A DNA stretch of 57,416 nucleotides from a virus (Duplodnaviria; Caudoviricetes), in IMG/VR virus record IMGVR_UViG_3300022824_000002, positions 1 through 57,416 of that record. One strand, given 5' to 3'. Under the pieces are notes generated by a model, which did not search any database, was not told where the DNA came from, and saw only the letters and a program-made list of their open reading frames with translations. The position numbers and the translations under genes were made by a program. Position 1 is the first letter of the stretch. The number at the start of each line of letters is the position of its first letter. This document shows positions 1-8,420 of this stretch, one piece after another.

Positions 1-257
1 ATGCTAGTTTGGCATAGTCCCCGGATGATGCTAGTTTGGCATAGTCCCCGGATGATGCTAGTTTGGCATAGTCCCCGGATGATGCTAGTTTGGCATAGTA
101 CCTGGATGATGCTAGTTGGGCATAGTCCCCGGATGATGCTAGTTTGGCATAGTACCCGGATGATGCTAGTTTGGCATAGTCCCCGGATGATGCTAGTTTG
201 GCAGAGTCCCCGGATGATGCTAGTTTGGCATAGTCCCCGGATGATGCTAGTTTGGCA
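1..257. repeat. 27-bp tandem repeat (atgctagtttggcatagtccccggatg), about 9.5 copies, coding on minus strand
   Basis: Directly visible, head-to-tail with no spacers, few substitutions. Confidence 0.97.
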
Positions 258-598
258 TTCCGTTTATCATTGTCAGTACTAGGATTTTCCTTTGTACAAC
301 TTTCCCACACATAATCAATAGATGCTTTAATAAATCCAGGCAAGTCCAGCTTAACGCCGATTTTTAATTTGTTAGTAACTGATTTGTCACCATCTTTTTT
401 TATTTCGCCAACAGCTTCAACTTGTGCAAATTCGCTATCGCATAGATCATAATAATTAAGTACATCTAACGGATTCTCGCAAAAATGGAAACCTGAATTA
501 CATGGGGAAATACTGCCTTTATGTTTAAAAGTTTCATTTTCTTTAAATTGAAAGTCTCTACAAACTAGACCTTTTTTAAATGCTTTATATCCAATCAT
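1..598 (-). CDS. Phage protein (partial, runs off window start): conserved N-terminal domain (DUF7666-like) followed by 9-aa ASSGDYAKL repeats
   Basis: ATG at 598 with AGGAG RBS; reads MIGYKAFKKGLVCRDFQF..CNSGFHFCENPLDVLNYY, open to position 1; absent from ORF track because no stop is inside the window. Confidence 0.85.
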   Translation of the reverse strand, partial: MIGYKAFKKGLVCRDFQFKENETFKHKGSISPCNSGFHFCENPLDVLNYYDLCDSEFAQVEAVGEIKKDGDKSVTNKLKIGVKLDLPGFIKASIDYVWESCTKENPSTDNDKRNAKLASSGDYAKLASSGDSAKLASSGDYAKLASSGYYAKLASSGDYAQLASSRYYAKLASSGDYAKLASSGDYAKLASSGDYAKLA

Positions 599-617
599 AT
601 TTACACGCTCCTAAAAT

Positions 618-697
618 TTGATTTAAACTCTAAAGTTTGGTATAATCACGTTAATCTGATTTCCTTAGCGCACCATCTGCAAAATGGTGTGTTTTTT
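618..697 (+). ncRNA. Putative ~45-nt antisense sRNA with its own sigma-A promoter and terminator
   Basis: TTGATT(618)-17-TATAAT(641) with extended TG, then GCGCACCAT/ATGGTGTGT hairpin + T run; no ORF. Confidence 0.5.
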
Positions 698-983
698 CAT
701 AACCATATTGGTGATGTCAATACTGCTAAAATCCCCAAACCTATTACCACTTTTATAAACGATTCCATGCAGCTATGCCACTTACAGTAACCACCTATTA
801 CATAGCCGTTTGACTTAATTATCTTGCGGTTCACGTCTTTATCCCCCTATCTTTTTGCCATTCCCCAGCTTCTTTTTCTGGGCTAGGACAACACCACAGC
901 ACGCCACATAAAAAGCAATCCGTTGGCTTTTTGACATCTTCCGCGCATGGTTTTTTGTTTTCATTATTCAACTGGTCATCCTC

Positions 984-1517
984 CTAAATTCCTGATTCTC
1001 CGCAAGGAAACACAAGAGACTTATCAATCTTAAATTCAGCTTCATTTACAACCACTGGCAGGTTAGATAAGTTGTCCAACCAAGCAACGTCAAATCCTAG
1101 CGCAATTAGTGCTGTTTTAGCTTGTTCTCCTGTCTTTTTGTTTTGGCATATCCGCATGATTTTTGCGTATTCTTTTTCCACGCTTGCAACTTGAAAATCA
1201 CGTTCAGATCTTGCTTGATTAACTAGATCGCTTGGCGATTTCCTGTAGCTTTTAAATAAGCTTTCTTTCATGTTGGTTTCGCTTACATAGTACGTGGTTA
1301 TCCCTGTATGCTTATGTATCACACTTTGCGCCTTTGAAGATTTTAAGGAATATTCGTCAGTTTCCTTAATGGCGGTTTTAAAATCCTTATTTTCTGGCTT
1401 ATTTAGGTAACTTTCAATAGCTTGATCTATTAAAATTTCATGCTTTTCTTTCACTGAATTAATCGCCTTGCGTTCAACCTTCTTGATAAATTCATACACA
1501 TCTGTTTTCTTTAACAT
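984..1517 (-). CDS. Hypothetical phage protein
   Basis: ORF track; start moved to MLKK after AGGAGG. Confidence 0.75.
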   Translation of the reverse strand: MLKKTDVYEFIKKVERKAINSVKEKHEILIDQAIESYLNKPENKDFKTAIKETDEYSLKSSKAQSVIHKHTGITTYYVSETNMKESLFKSYRKSPSDLVNQARSERDFQVASVEKEYAKIMRICQNKKTGEQAKTALIALGFDVAWLDNLSNLPVVVNEAEFKIDKSLVFPCGESGI

Positions 1518-1556
1518 TTTATTTCCTCCTAATATTTTCATATAACTTATGCCGTT

Positions 1557-1718
1557 TTATTGATGATGGTAAGTCTCCCTATTGCCTAGCACCTTAAGCC
1601 CATACTGGAACGCATCAACCAGCTCCACACTGTCCTTGTGGCTCAATATCAGGTCTAATGCATCTTCCAACTCTAAAATGCGCTTTTTGTTTGCTAGAAT
1701 TTGCTCATGTAAACTCAT
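1557..1718 (-). CDS. Small hypothetical protein (53 aa, MSLHEQILANKK...)
   Basis: Manual translation, AAGGAAGTG RBS, fills operon gap. Confidence 0.6.
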   Translation of the reverse strand: MSLHEQILANKKRILELEDALDLILSHKDSVELVDAFQYGLKVLGNRETYHHQ

Positions 1719-1753
1719 TATTTTCACTTCCTTATGTATAATTTGGGGATGAA

Positions 1754-1984
1754 TTGCATATAACTAAACTGTAAAGTGTTGCCATTTTTCGGCTGTTAAA
1801 AAAATATTACACCTTCCAAACCACCCATGCCAGCAACCACAATATTGCTGAATACATGGTTACAACTGACAAGAATCTACCTAAAAATATAGCACCTGAA
1901 TTGTTAGAACAAATCATTGTCGAACAGCAAGATTGGCTTACTAAAAACAAGAAGATTTATCACAAGAAGCTAGTCGATAAGTAG
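1754..1984 (+). pseudogene. Possible degraded moron ORF with premature TAA at codon 7
   Basis: TATAAT at 1737, GGGGA RBS, TTG start, TAA at 1772, frame then open to TAG 1984. Confidence 0.3.
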
Positions 1985-2722
1985 TTAGCTGACAAGTGAT
2001 TCTTTCATTCTATTGCGGATTATTTCACAGTATTGCGGTTCTTTTTCAATCATAATACTATGTCTTCCGCATCTTTCAGCCGCTACGCCCGTAGTACCTG
2101 AGCCAGCACAGTTATCAAGAACTGTGTCACCTGCATTAGTGTAGGTGTTAATCAAATATTCAAATAGCGATACTGGCTTTTGAGTGGGATGCAATGATTT
2201 CTTTTGCTTATCGGTTGGAAACTTCAATACTGATGTTGGGAATCTATCCGTACTATCATAAGTTGTTAATCCGTGATTACTGTAATTACTTGTTTCCTTG
2301 CAGTTAATTTTATGCTTGGCTGTACTAACTTTCCTTGGATGACCAGTTGTTTTTTGAGGGTTATATGTTGGAAGTGATTTATAGAATACTAGGATATCTT
2401 CATGTATCCTAAGTGGCATTCTATTGGCATTTAGAAATCCAGTAGGCGTGGTCTTTTCCCACACTAAATTGTATCTCCATATACTTTTGTTGCTCTTCAT
2501 TAAGTCAGCCGTAAATAACCCAGAAGCGGTTAATATTATTACTCCACTATCCCTTATAACTCGTTCGTATTGCTCCCATAATTTATCAAATGGTATTACT
2601 ACATCCCATTTATTCCTTGAAGTTATACCATAAGGTAAGTCACTAAGAATTAGGTTTATCGACTTGTCTGGTAATGTCGGCATTATTTCAAGACAATCGC
2701 CTTCGTATAGTGTCCATGTCAT
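1985..2722 (-). CDS. Orphan N6-adenine/N4-cytosine DNA methyltransferase (beta class)
   Basis: Motif IV DLPY near N-terminus, HPTQKP, motif I DNCAGSGTT near C-terminus. Confidence 0.93.
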   Translation of the reverse strand: MTWTLYEGDCLEIMPTLPDKSINLILSDLPYGITSRNKWDVVIPFDKLWEQYERVIRDSGVIILTASGLFTADLMKSNKSIWRYNLVWEKTTPTGFLNANRMPLRIHEDILVFYKSLPTYNPQKTTGHPRKVSTAKHKINCKETSNYSNHGLTTYDSTDRFPTSVLKFPTDKQKKSLHPTQKPVSLFEYLINTYTNAGDTVLDNCAGSGTTGVAAERCGRHSIMIEKEPQYCEIIRNRMKESLVS

Positions 2723-2755
2723 TGTTCATCCTCCTTGTTACAAAAATATTTGGTA

Positions 2756-2968
2756 TTATTGAAAACTTTCTTCAATTTCATCTGCTACAGAATCTAAGAC
2801 AACATTACCTACTGATATTTCTGCGTACATTCCAGAACCATTGCCACCTGCACCAAGCCCATGCCTTACTTTAGTTACACAATCAAGAGCTTTTTGTTTT
2901 GATTGATTTAATTTATCTTCCAATATGGAAATTTGAGACTGCAACGCTTCTTCGGATAATCTATTCAT
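2756..2968 (-). CDS. Hypothetical protein
   Basis: ORF track; AGGAG RBS favours start near 2968-2971. Confidence 0.6.
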   Translation of the reverse strand: MNRLSEEALQSQISILEDKLNQSKQKALDCVTKVRHGLGAGGNGSGMYAEISVGNVVLDSVADEIEESFQ

Positions 2969-2984
2969 CACAACGAATCTCCTT

Positions 2985-3026
2985 TGCATAAATATTCACC
3001 AAAATAAATTTTTATACATTTACATA
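2985..3026. repeat. Dispersed 42-bp repeat, copy 1 (copy 2 at 46682-46723)
   Basis: 39/42 identical by manual alignment; both abut an RBS on the minus strand. Confidence 0.85.
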
Positions 3027-3231
3027 TTCCACGTATAATCACACATAAATGTGCCTATTTTATAACGATTCTACCATCATAGTTAAAGAGCTTTAAAAGA
3101 GTGGTCAGATATTAATTCCAAAAACAACGAACCGCACGAAAACCCATTAGAGTTCATCGCTTTAAAAGATGTTGAATTAATTTCATCAAGTAACCCAACT
3201 AACAAAATAACATTTCCTACAATAACTGTTT

Positions 3232-3597
3232 TTATTGATCAAGTAATTGCCGTAACTCTTGGCTCACTTTAGGCGTTATTTTTTCTATTTCCTCAGAAGT
3301 TAATCCCTTAAATTCCATAGTCACTTCCGGCTGGGTTGAAATTCGCACTTTCAATTCAGCCACTTCTTTTTCTAACTCGCTTATACGTCTACTCAGGACA
3401 TTTTCTTTATTCACTGAAAAATATTCATTCAACATTTGCCTTAATCCAATGATTGCTTCACGTCCACATGTATAAGTGCTGCCGAAAATATTCCCCACTG
3501 GCGAGATAGTTAATACAGGCCCTCTATGACCATCAATAACGCTTGCAATGACAGTAGGCTTATTGTTGTCGGTTGCTAATATTGTGATTTTTTCCAT
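3232..3597 (-). CDS. Hypothetical protein with coiled coil
   Basis: ORF track, AGGAG RBS. Confidence 0.7.
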   Translation of the reverse strand: MEKITILATDNNKPTVIASVIDGHRGPVLTISPVGNIFGSTYTCGREAIIGLRQMLNEYFSVNKENVLSRRISELEKEVAELKVRISTQPEVTMEFKGLTSEEIEKITPKVSQELRQLLDQ

Positions 3598-3647
3598 GAT
3601 TACACGCTCCTTTTATTTAGGCTTGTACACTTTTTGATGGCAGGGGG

Positions 3648-3791
3648 TTAAATTGCGTAAGGTTTCTTCGTTTTACCTGCAAATAAATCAGCCAATTTTT
3701 GAGCAAACCACTCAGGTGGTTCATCTGTTTCTATACCTGTTTTTATGCTACACCATGTTACTTTTATTGGGGTCTCTGTTTTTTTTTCCAT
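3648..3791 (-). CDS. Small hypothetical protein (47 aa, MEKKTETPIKVTW...)
   Basis: Manual translation, directly downstream of antirepressor. Confidence 0.55.
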   Translation of the reverse strand: MEKKTETPIKVTWCSIKTGIETDEPPEWFAQKLADLFAGKTKKPYAI

Positions 3792-3795
3792 TATG

Positions 3796-4542
3796 CTACA
3801 CCTGCCTTATCAATTCTAAAAGTTTATCCTTGCCAGCTTCATTGTATTTAAATGACGGAATTTGCTTGCTACTATGTGCTGATTTATCTAGTACCATAAT
3901 CCCATATTGTTCAGTTTTAAGACCATTTGCATTAGCAATCTTTCCTACTGCTTGGGATGATCTACTTACCATGTCGCCAATTTCTGTAGCGGTATAATAT
4001 TTAATCTCTGCTAATTTTGGTTTAGGTAGTGTATTTTTACCTGCGATCATTTCAAAGGCATTTACTGTCAACAATGACATTGCTTCTTTACAAAGCAGAT
4101 GACTATATTTTTTAGTGTTCTCTAACAAGAAATTAGCTTGCCGTGTCTGTGCGTTTTTAAGACGGGCTTCGGCATTTTTATTTTTTATTTCCAATTCGGT
4201 TGTTTTTGATTGAGTGGAATTAGTGGAATATACCCCTGTTTTGCGGATTGCAGGTAAAATTTCATCAGCTACAATTGCCTGGAATTTTTCGGCCGTTTCG
4301 TTTTTAGCTTTCATTGCTAGACGGTAGAAGATGTTTTCTGGAATAAATTCGTTTTCTCCACTTGTGGCGAAATTAAAACTAGCAAGATATTCATTAACTC
4401 TTCCCCATCTGATGTATTCAGCGCCATTTTGTCTAGTTTCTGTAAAACCAAGTCCTCTAGAAACATCTTCAATATGAAGTTGAGCTGTTCCATTTTCGTC
4501 AATAAAACCTCTAACACCACTGATTGTTATTAATTCACTCAT
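3796..4542 (-). CDS. Phage antirepressor (Bro-N-like N-terminus)
   Basis: FIPENIFYRLAMKAKNETAEKFQ..EILPAIRKTGVY motif; C-terminal YYTATEIG..VGKIAN domain; position after cro. Confidence 0.9.
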   Translation of the reverse strand: MSELITISGVRGFIDENGTAQLHIEDVSRGLGFTETRQNGAEYIRWGRVNEYLASFNFATSGENEFIPENIFYRLAMKAKNETAEKFQAIVADEILPAIRKTGVYSTNSTQSKTTELEIKNKNAEARLKNAQTRQANFLLENTKKYSHLLCKEAMSLLTVNAFEMIAGKNTLPKPKLAEIKYYTATEIGDMVSRSSQAVGKIANANGLKTEQYGIMVLDKSAHSSKQIPSFKYNEAGKDKLLELIRQV

Positions 4543-4564
4543 TTTTACACTTCCTCTTTATTTA

Positions 4565-4750
4565 TTACCGAATGAAAAATTCCAACGGCTTGTCCGTTAA
4601 TGCTGCATACTTTTTAGCTAACCGTTTGCTCAATCTGCCTGATTTTTCAGCTTCACAAATAACCGGTGCAGATACTCCTAAAATTCTAGCAAATTGCCTA
4701 AATGACACATCACCGCGTACATCAGTAATTGCTTGTTTAATTTCTTCCAT
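4565..4750 (-). CDS. Cro-like XRE HTH regulator
   Basis: SFRQFARILGVSAPVICEAE HTH; divergent from repressor; start MEEIK after GAAAGGAG. Confidence 0.85.
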   Translation of the reverse strand: MEEIKQAITDVRGDVSFRQFARILGVSAPVICEAEKSGRLSKRLAKKYAALTDKPLEFFIR

Positions 4751-4810
4751 GGCTTTTCTCCTTTCAAATATTAGGTATTCCCTTGTGTAAATATTTCCTA
4801 TGAATTTATT

Positions 4811-4920
4811 GTAAGGTTTTTCCGAGCATAAGTCAATAGTATATTCTAACATTATTTAAAATATACCTAAAAAATTTAGTTTTTTCCTAACAGGTATAAA
4901 GTAAGGTTATTCCGAACATA
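4811..4920. promoter_or_regulatory. Immunity operators: two 20-bp copies GTAAGGTTwTTCCGArCATA (4811-4830, 4901-4920) plus weaker copy near 4875-4892
   Basis: Near-identical imperfect palindromes between divergent cI/cro genes, overlapping their promoters. Confidence 0.75.
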
Positions 4921-4948
4921 ATATATAATACAGAAAGGCGGTAATATT

Positions 4949-5311
4949 ATGTTTGACGGAACTAAATTAAAGAAATTAAGGGAGATAAAGAGTCTTTCCC
5001 TACGTGATGTAGAGGATATGGTAGGTATTAGTTCTGCCAGCTTGTCAGATATAGAAAATGGAGTGACAACAAACCCCAGGAAAAGTACTGTAGATAAATT
5101 ATGTAAGGGATTGCAAATTGATCAAGAATATTTTTACAACTCCGATTCCAGATTACCGAAAGACGTATTTCCGAACATGCCCAAAGATATAGAAAGTTTC
5201 ATCATGGATGGCAACAGTATGCGTTTCCTTATAATAGGAGAAAAAGCCAAGAAGAAGGGTATGCCACCAGAAATATTAGATCAATTGGTTGAATTATGGA
5301 CACAAAAATAG
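4949..5311 (+). CDS. CI-like XRE repressor lacking an S24 autopeptidase domain
   Basis: LKKLRE..LSLRDVEDMVGISSASLSDIENG..NPRKSTVDKLC HTH; only 120 aa. Confidence 0.9.
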   Translation: MFDGTKLKKLREIKSLSLRDVEDMVGISSASLSDIENGVTTNPRKSTVDKLCKGLQIDQEYFYNSDSRLPKDVFPNMPKDIESFIMDGNSMRFLIIGEKAKKKGMPPEILDQLVELWTQK

Positions 5312-5340
5312 AGAGCCGCTAAATGCGACTCTCTTTCTCT
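5311..5340. terminator. Terminator between convergent genes
   Basis: GAGAGCCGC-TAAAT-GCGACTCTC hairpin with T-rich tail. Confidence 0.65.
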
Positions 5341-5453
5341 TTTAAAAATTGTTTTACATATGTAGGGTCAACTGCAAATTTCCCATCTGGTAACGGTGTC
5401 CATGCTACGTATCCTTTAAAATCAAAAATTATATAGTCTACATTTTCAACCAC
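5319..5453 (-). CDS. 44-aa LexA-regulated small protein (candidate SOS antirepressor)
   Basis: GTG start, AAAGGA RBS, VENVDYIIFDFKGYVAWTPLPDGKFAVDP...; missed by ORF track. Confidence 0.6.
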   Translation of the reverse strand: MVENVDYIIFDFKGYVAWTPLPDGKFAVDPTYVKQFLKEKESRI

Positions 5454-5486
5454 AAGACAACATCATCCTTTTCCCATGAATTTTAT

Positions 5487-5507
5487 CGAACGCTTGTTCT
5501 CATTATA
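5487..5507 (-). promoter_or_regulatory. Firmicute LexA/DinR box next to a TATAAT -10 element
   Basis: CGAAC-gctt-GTTCT at 5487-5500; TATAAT at 5507-5502 on minus strand. Confidence 0.75.
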
Positions 5508-5730
5508 CACTCATCCATCTGGAAAATATATAGAAATATTCCGACAAATTAAGTTATTAAATATTAGTTACACAACACAACTCCCCCTTTTGTCTTATTA
5601 TTATGGGACTTTCGTCCTTATTCCTGCTTGACAATGAAAGAAATTGCAAATATTTTAATAATAGCCAACGTTAGCTATTATTAGCTTACAAAATTATACT
5701 AAAATGTTATATTTATTTAGGGTGGATTTA

Positions 5731-5913
5731 ATGGGAGATTTAAAAAATAGAACATACTTGAATACAATAATACCAATATGGCAAGCGGAAAAAATTCGTA
5801 AGCTATCTAAAGATTCGAGAATACCTATTTCACGTTTAGCGGAAGAAGCATATAATGATTTATTAAGAAAGCATAATATAGAAATAGAAGAAGAACCTGC
5901 CGGCAATGAATAA
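5731..5913 (+). CDS. Ribbon-helix-helix DNA-binding protein
   Basis: LKNRTYLNTII..KIRKLSKDSRIPISRLAEEAYNDLLRKH pattern. Confidence 0.8.
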   Translation: MGDLKNRTYLNTIIPIWQAEKIRKLSKDSRIPISRLAEEAYNDLLRKHNIEIEEEPAGNE

Positions 5914-5940
5914 TGAGTAGGTTCTTTTTTATTTATAGAA

Positions 5941-6006
5941 TCAACACTAGTACTATAGATAGCACTATCTTTAACACTGTAATTATCACTAGTGTTATCA
6001 CTAATA
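5941..6006. repeat. Hexamer array 3 (centromere-like), downstream of partition adaptor gene
   Basis: 11 in-phase degenerate 6-mers (ttaaca, ctagtg, ttatca, ctatct...). Confidence 0.65.
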
Positions 6007-6019
6007 AAAATAGAGAGAA

Positions 6020-6352
6020 TTATCTTCTCTCTGGGATATCCCAATCTGGTACTTTACGCTTTTCTTTTACATCAGCGATAAATTGTATTAATAACCTCTC
6101 TATAATTTCACTTTGTAAACCTTTTCTGTTACCGCATATCTCCTTAAATTCTTGCAACACTTCACTTTTTATATAGGGAGTTATCCGACTCCTGGTATCG
6201 GTATATTTAGGCTTGTCCATCTCAATAAGTTTAGTGATATCACTAGTGTTATTGTTATCTCTATCGTTAGTACTATCTTTAACACTATCGGTAACAGTAG
6301 CGCCAATAAATGTTCTATGTGACTTAAATTTATCTTTTAAATCTTTTTGCAT
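6020..6352 (-). CDS. Small partition adaptor (type Ib ParB/ParG-like, C-terminal RHH)
   Basis: Overlaps parA stop; disordered N-terminus plus RITPYIKSEVLQEFK..SEIIERLLIQFI RHH-like C-terminus. Confidence 0.75.
   Translation of the reverse strand: MQKDLKDKFKSHRTFIGATVTDSVKDSTNDRDNNNTSDITKLIEMDKPKYTDTRSRITPYIKSEVLQEFKEICGNRKGLQSEIIERLLIQFIADVKEKRKVPDWDIPERR
6231..6302. repeat. Hexamer array 2 (centromere-like), inside adaptor gene
   Basis: 12 in-phase 6-mers; shares ACTATCTTTAACACT with array 3. Confidence 0.65.
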
Positions 6353-7104
6353 CTTAGTAAAAGCTCCTCTAAAAACGGTTTAAATTGCTCTATTGCTTGA
6401 CTTAACTCTGGATTGTCTATAAAGCCATACAGAGGCAATCTTCCAGTAGTAGCCTTACGTTGTATCACAGTATCGAATAAAAATCCTTTATAGTCCTCTC
6501 TAGCTAATTCTAGGCATTGTTTATTATCGGTTCTGCGGTTATCAATCATACTACATAGGATCCCAAGTATCTGTAATTTAGGATTGACTTTCTGCTGCGC
6601 TATTTTGGCAGTAGACAAAAACCTTCCAATTGCTGAATAACAAAACTTGCTAGTTTCAAACATAACAACTACCCCGTCAGAAGCACATAAAGCATTGATC
6701 GTAATATCTCCTAAAGCTGGTGGAGTATCAATGATGATAAAATCATAATCAGCCTGTACACTCTCTAGCGTCTTGCTTAAGACTAGCGAACTGTTACCCT
6801 TATGATTGGTATACAACCATCTTGAAAAGGTCGCTAAGATATCATCAGACGGTATTATATGGAGATTATCCGTTACTTTTTGGATATACTTTTTAGCATC
6901 TTGTTTCTGCAATGCTTCAAATATTGTTTTACCGTAAAATTCATCGACATCTTTTTGTAACATCAGCTCTGACAGATTGGCTTGACTATCAAGGTCAATT
7001 GCCAATACTTTGTAATTTAAACTTAATAGGTATGCTGTAATTCCTGCGCTTGTGGTCTTGCTACTTCCTCCTTTTTGTATGGAAAACGTTATTATTTTTG
7101 CCAT
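6337..7104 (-). CDS. parA: ParA/Soj family partition ATPase
   Basis: Deviant Walker A QKGGSSKTT, DLDSQAN, IIIDTPP; start MAKII after GAGGTG. Confidence 0.96.
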   Translation of the reverse strand: MAKIITFSIQKGGSSKTTSAGITAYLLSLNYKVLAIDLDSQANLSELMLQKDVDEFYGKTIFEALQKQDAKKYIQKVTDNLHIIPSDDILATFSRWLYTNHKGNSSLVLSKTLESVQADYDFIIIDTPPALGDITINALCASDGVVVMFETSKFCYSAIGRFLSTAKIAQQKVNPKLQILGILCSMIDNRRTDNKQCLELAREDYKGFLFDTVIQRKATTGRLPLYGFIDNPELSQAIEQFKPFLEELLLRCKKI

Positions 7105-7118
7105 TAAAATACACCTCT

Positions 7119-7166
7119 CTAATGTTAGTGTCATAATTAGTGTTAGTGTTATCATTAGACATAACT
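7119..7166. repeat. Hexamer array 1 (centromere/operator-like), upstream of parA
   Basis: ctaatg ttagtg tcataa ttagtg ttagtg ttatca ttagac ataact. Confidence 0.65.
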
Positions 7167-7209
7167 GTATTTTATCCTTGTTAACAAAAAAATAAACCGC
7201 CATCAGCGG

Positions 7210-7479
7210 TCAAAAGTTAAACAAATCTCGAATCGTATCTTTTGCAATATCGTTTTTTATATTATCAGAATCGACTACAACATGCCTAGTTTCGCTCATA
7301 TACTCATTTATAGGGTTAGGTGGTATGTAACTATTAGTTTCCTGTCTAACGACTCTTGTGCCGTTCATATCGCGCTGGATTAACTCTCTAATATAATAGC
7401 TGAGATTTCCTTTTGATGCTTTATCACAATGGTTACTTTCTGATTCGGTCAGCCTGATTGTTACTCTTCTCTCTGCCAT
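7210..7479 (-). CDS. RHH-like small DNA-binding protein
   Basis: RRVTIRLTESE..NLSYYIRELIQRDM; GGAGG RBS. Confidence 0.7.
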   Translation of the reverse strand: MAERRVTIRLTESESNHCDKASKGNLSYYIRELIQRDMNGTRVVRQETNSYIPPNPINEYMSETRHVVVDSDNIKNDIAKDTIRDLFNF

Positions 7480-7585
7480 AATTAACCTCCAATAAGACAA
7501 TTCATATTTATCTTATTAGTATGCTGGTATGGCTGGAATGTTGCAAAAAAATAAACCAGAAAATTAATTCTGGTTTGATGTTAAT

Positions 7586-7774
7586 TTAAATGAGTGTACT
7601 TACTTTTTTTAAATCATTTAACTTTTGTTGCAATTCAGTTACTTTCTGCCGTTCTGCCTGCAATTCTTCCAAAGTCTCACTAAACAACTCAATAACATAG
7701 TTACTAGTTTCAATTGCTAATTTTTCATCTTTAAATTCAATACATACACTTTTATATTGATCAATGTTTATCAT
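7586..7774 (-). CDS. Hypothetical coiled-coil protein
   Basis: ORF track, RBS. Confidence 0.6.
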   Translation of the reverse strand: MINIDQYKSVCIEFKDEKLAIETSNYVIELFSETLEELQAERQKVTELQQKLNDLKKVSTLI

Positions 7775-7798
7775 TATACAGCACCATCCTTTTAAAAT

Positions 7799-7984
7799 TT
7801 AATTACTATCCTCCACCATTTTCTCTACTTGTTGCCGTAGCCATTCAGAGGGCTTGATGTCTTTCTGCAAACATTTAATTCTGAATTTTTTTCTAAGTGA
7901 TTCTTTTACAATAAATTGAACATGAACATTGCCATCCTTTTGGCAATCACAATCCGTTTTATCGCAAATAGGACATTGAAGCAT
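7799..7984 (-). CDS. CopG/RHH-like protein with N-terminal Cys cluster
   Basis: CPIC..DCDC then VHVQFIVKESLRKKFR..PSEWLRQQV. Confidence 0.65.
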   Translation of the reverse strand: MLQCPICDKTDCDCQKDGNVHVQFIVKESLRKKFRIKCLQKDIKPSEWLRQQVEKMVEDSN

Positions 7985-8069
7985 TAGATCACCTCGCTAA
8001 ATAATATCTTTACAATTATTATAACCCATGATATCATGATAATCAAGTAAAAAAGAATAAGCCAGAAAA

Positions 8070-8420
8070 TTAATTCTGACTTGTGATGGTTTTCTCTTTC
8101 ATCTCTATACAAGTATTTCTAACATGCAATGCCCATCGTTTATGCAGTAAGCAAAATCCCGCTTGATTACTGGTGCAACCTATGCAATGTTTAGCTGAGC
8201 TATTTTTAACATTTGTGGTTGTTTTCTGTGGAGATATTTTAGTACCTTTTGATTTTACAGCATAGAACCATTTGCAATACTTATTATTGCTCGTATCTCG
8301 TCCTAGCTTGCACAAAGGATTAGTTTTCAAGTATTCCTTGCATCTACTACAATCACACTTAACCCTATTTATCTTCCCGTTTTCTATTGAACTCATTTGC
8401 GTTCCCTTGCTACCTTTCAT
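8070..8420 (-). CDS. Basic Cys-rich protein with two putative Zn-binding clusters
   Basis: CSRC..C..C and CIGC..C..H..C; GAGGTG RBS; first ORF downstream of the long ncRNA. Confidence 0.7.
   Translation of the reverse strand: MKGSKGTQMSSIENGKINRVKCDCSRCKEYLKTNPLCKLGRDTSNNKYCKWFYAVKSKGTKISPQKTTTNVKNSSAKHCIGCTSNQAGFCLLHKRWALHVRNTCIEMKEKTITSQN

Noticed and set aside
1-282. CRISPR array, or the + strand ORF MLVWHSPRM...
   Set aside because: Repeats are contiguous with no spacers and no cas genes; the minus frame has an RBS and a recognisable domain, so the + ORF is a shadow
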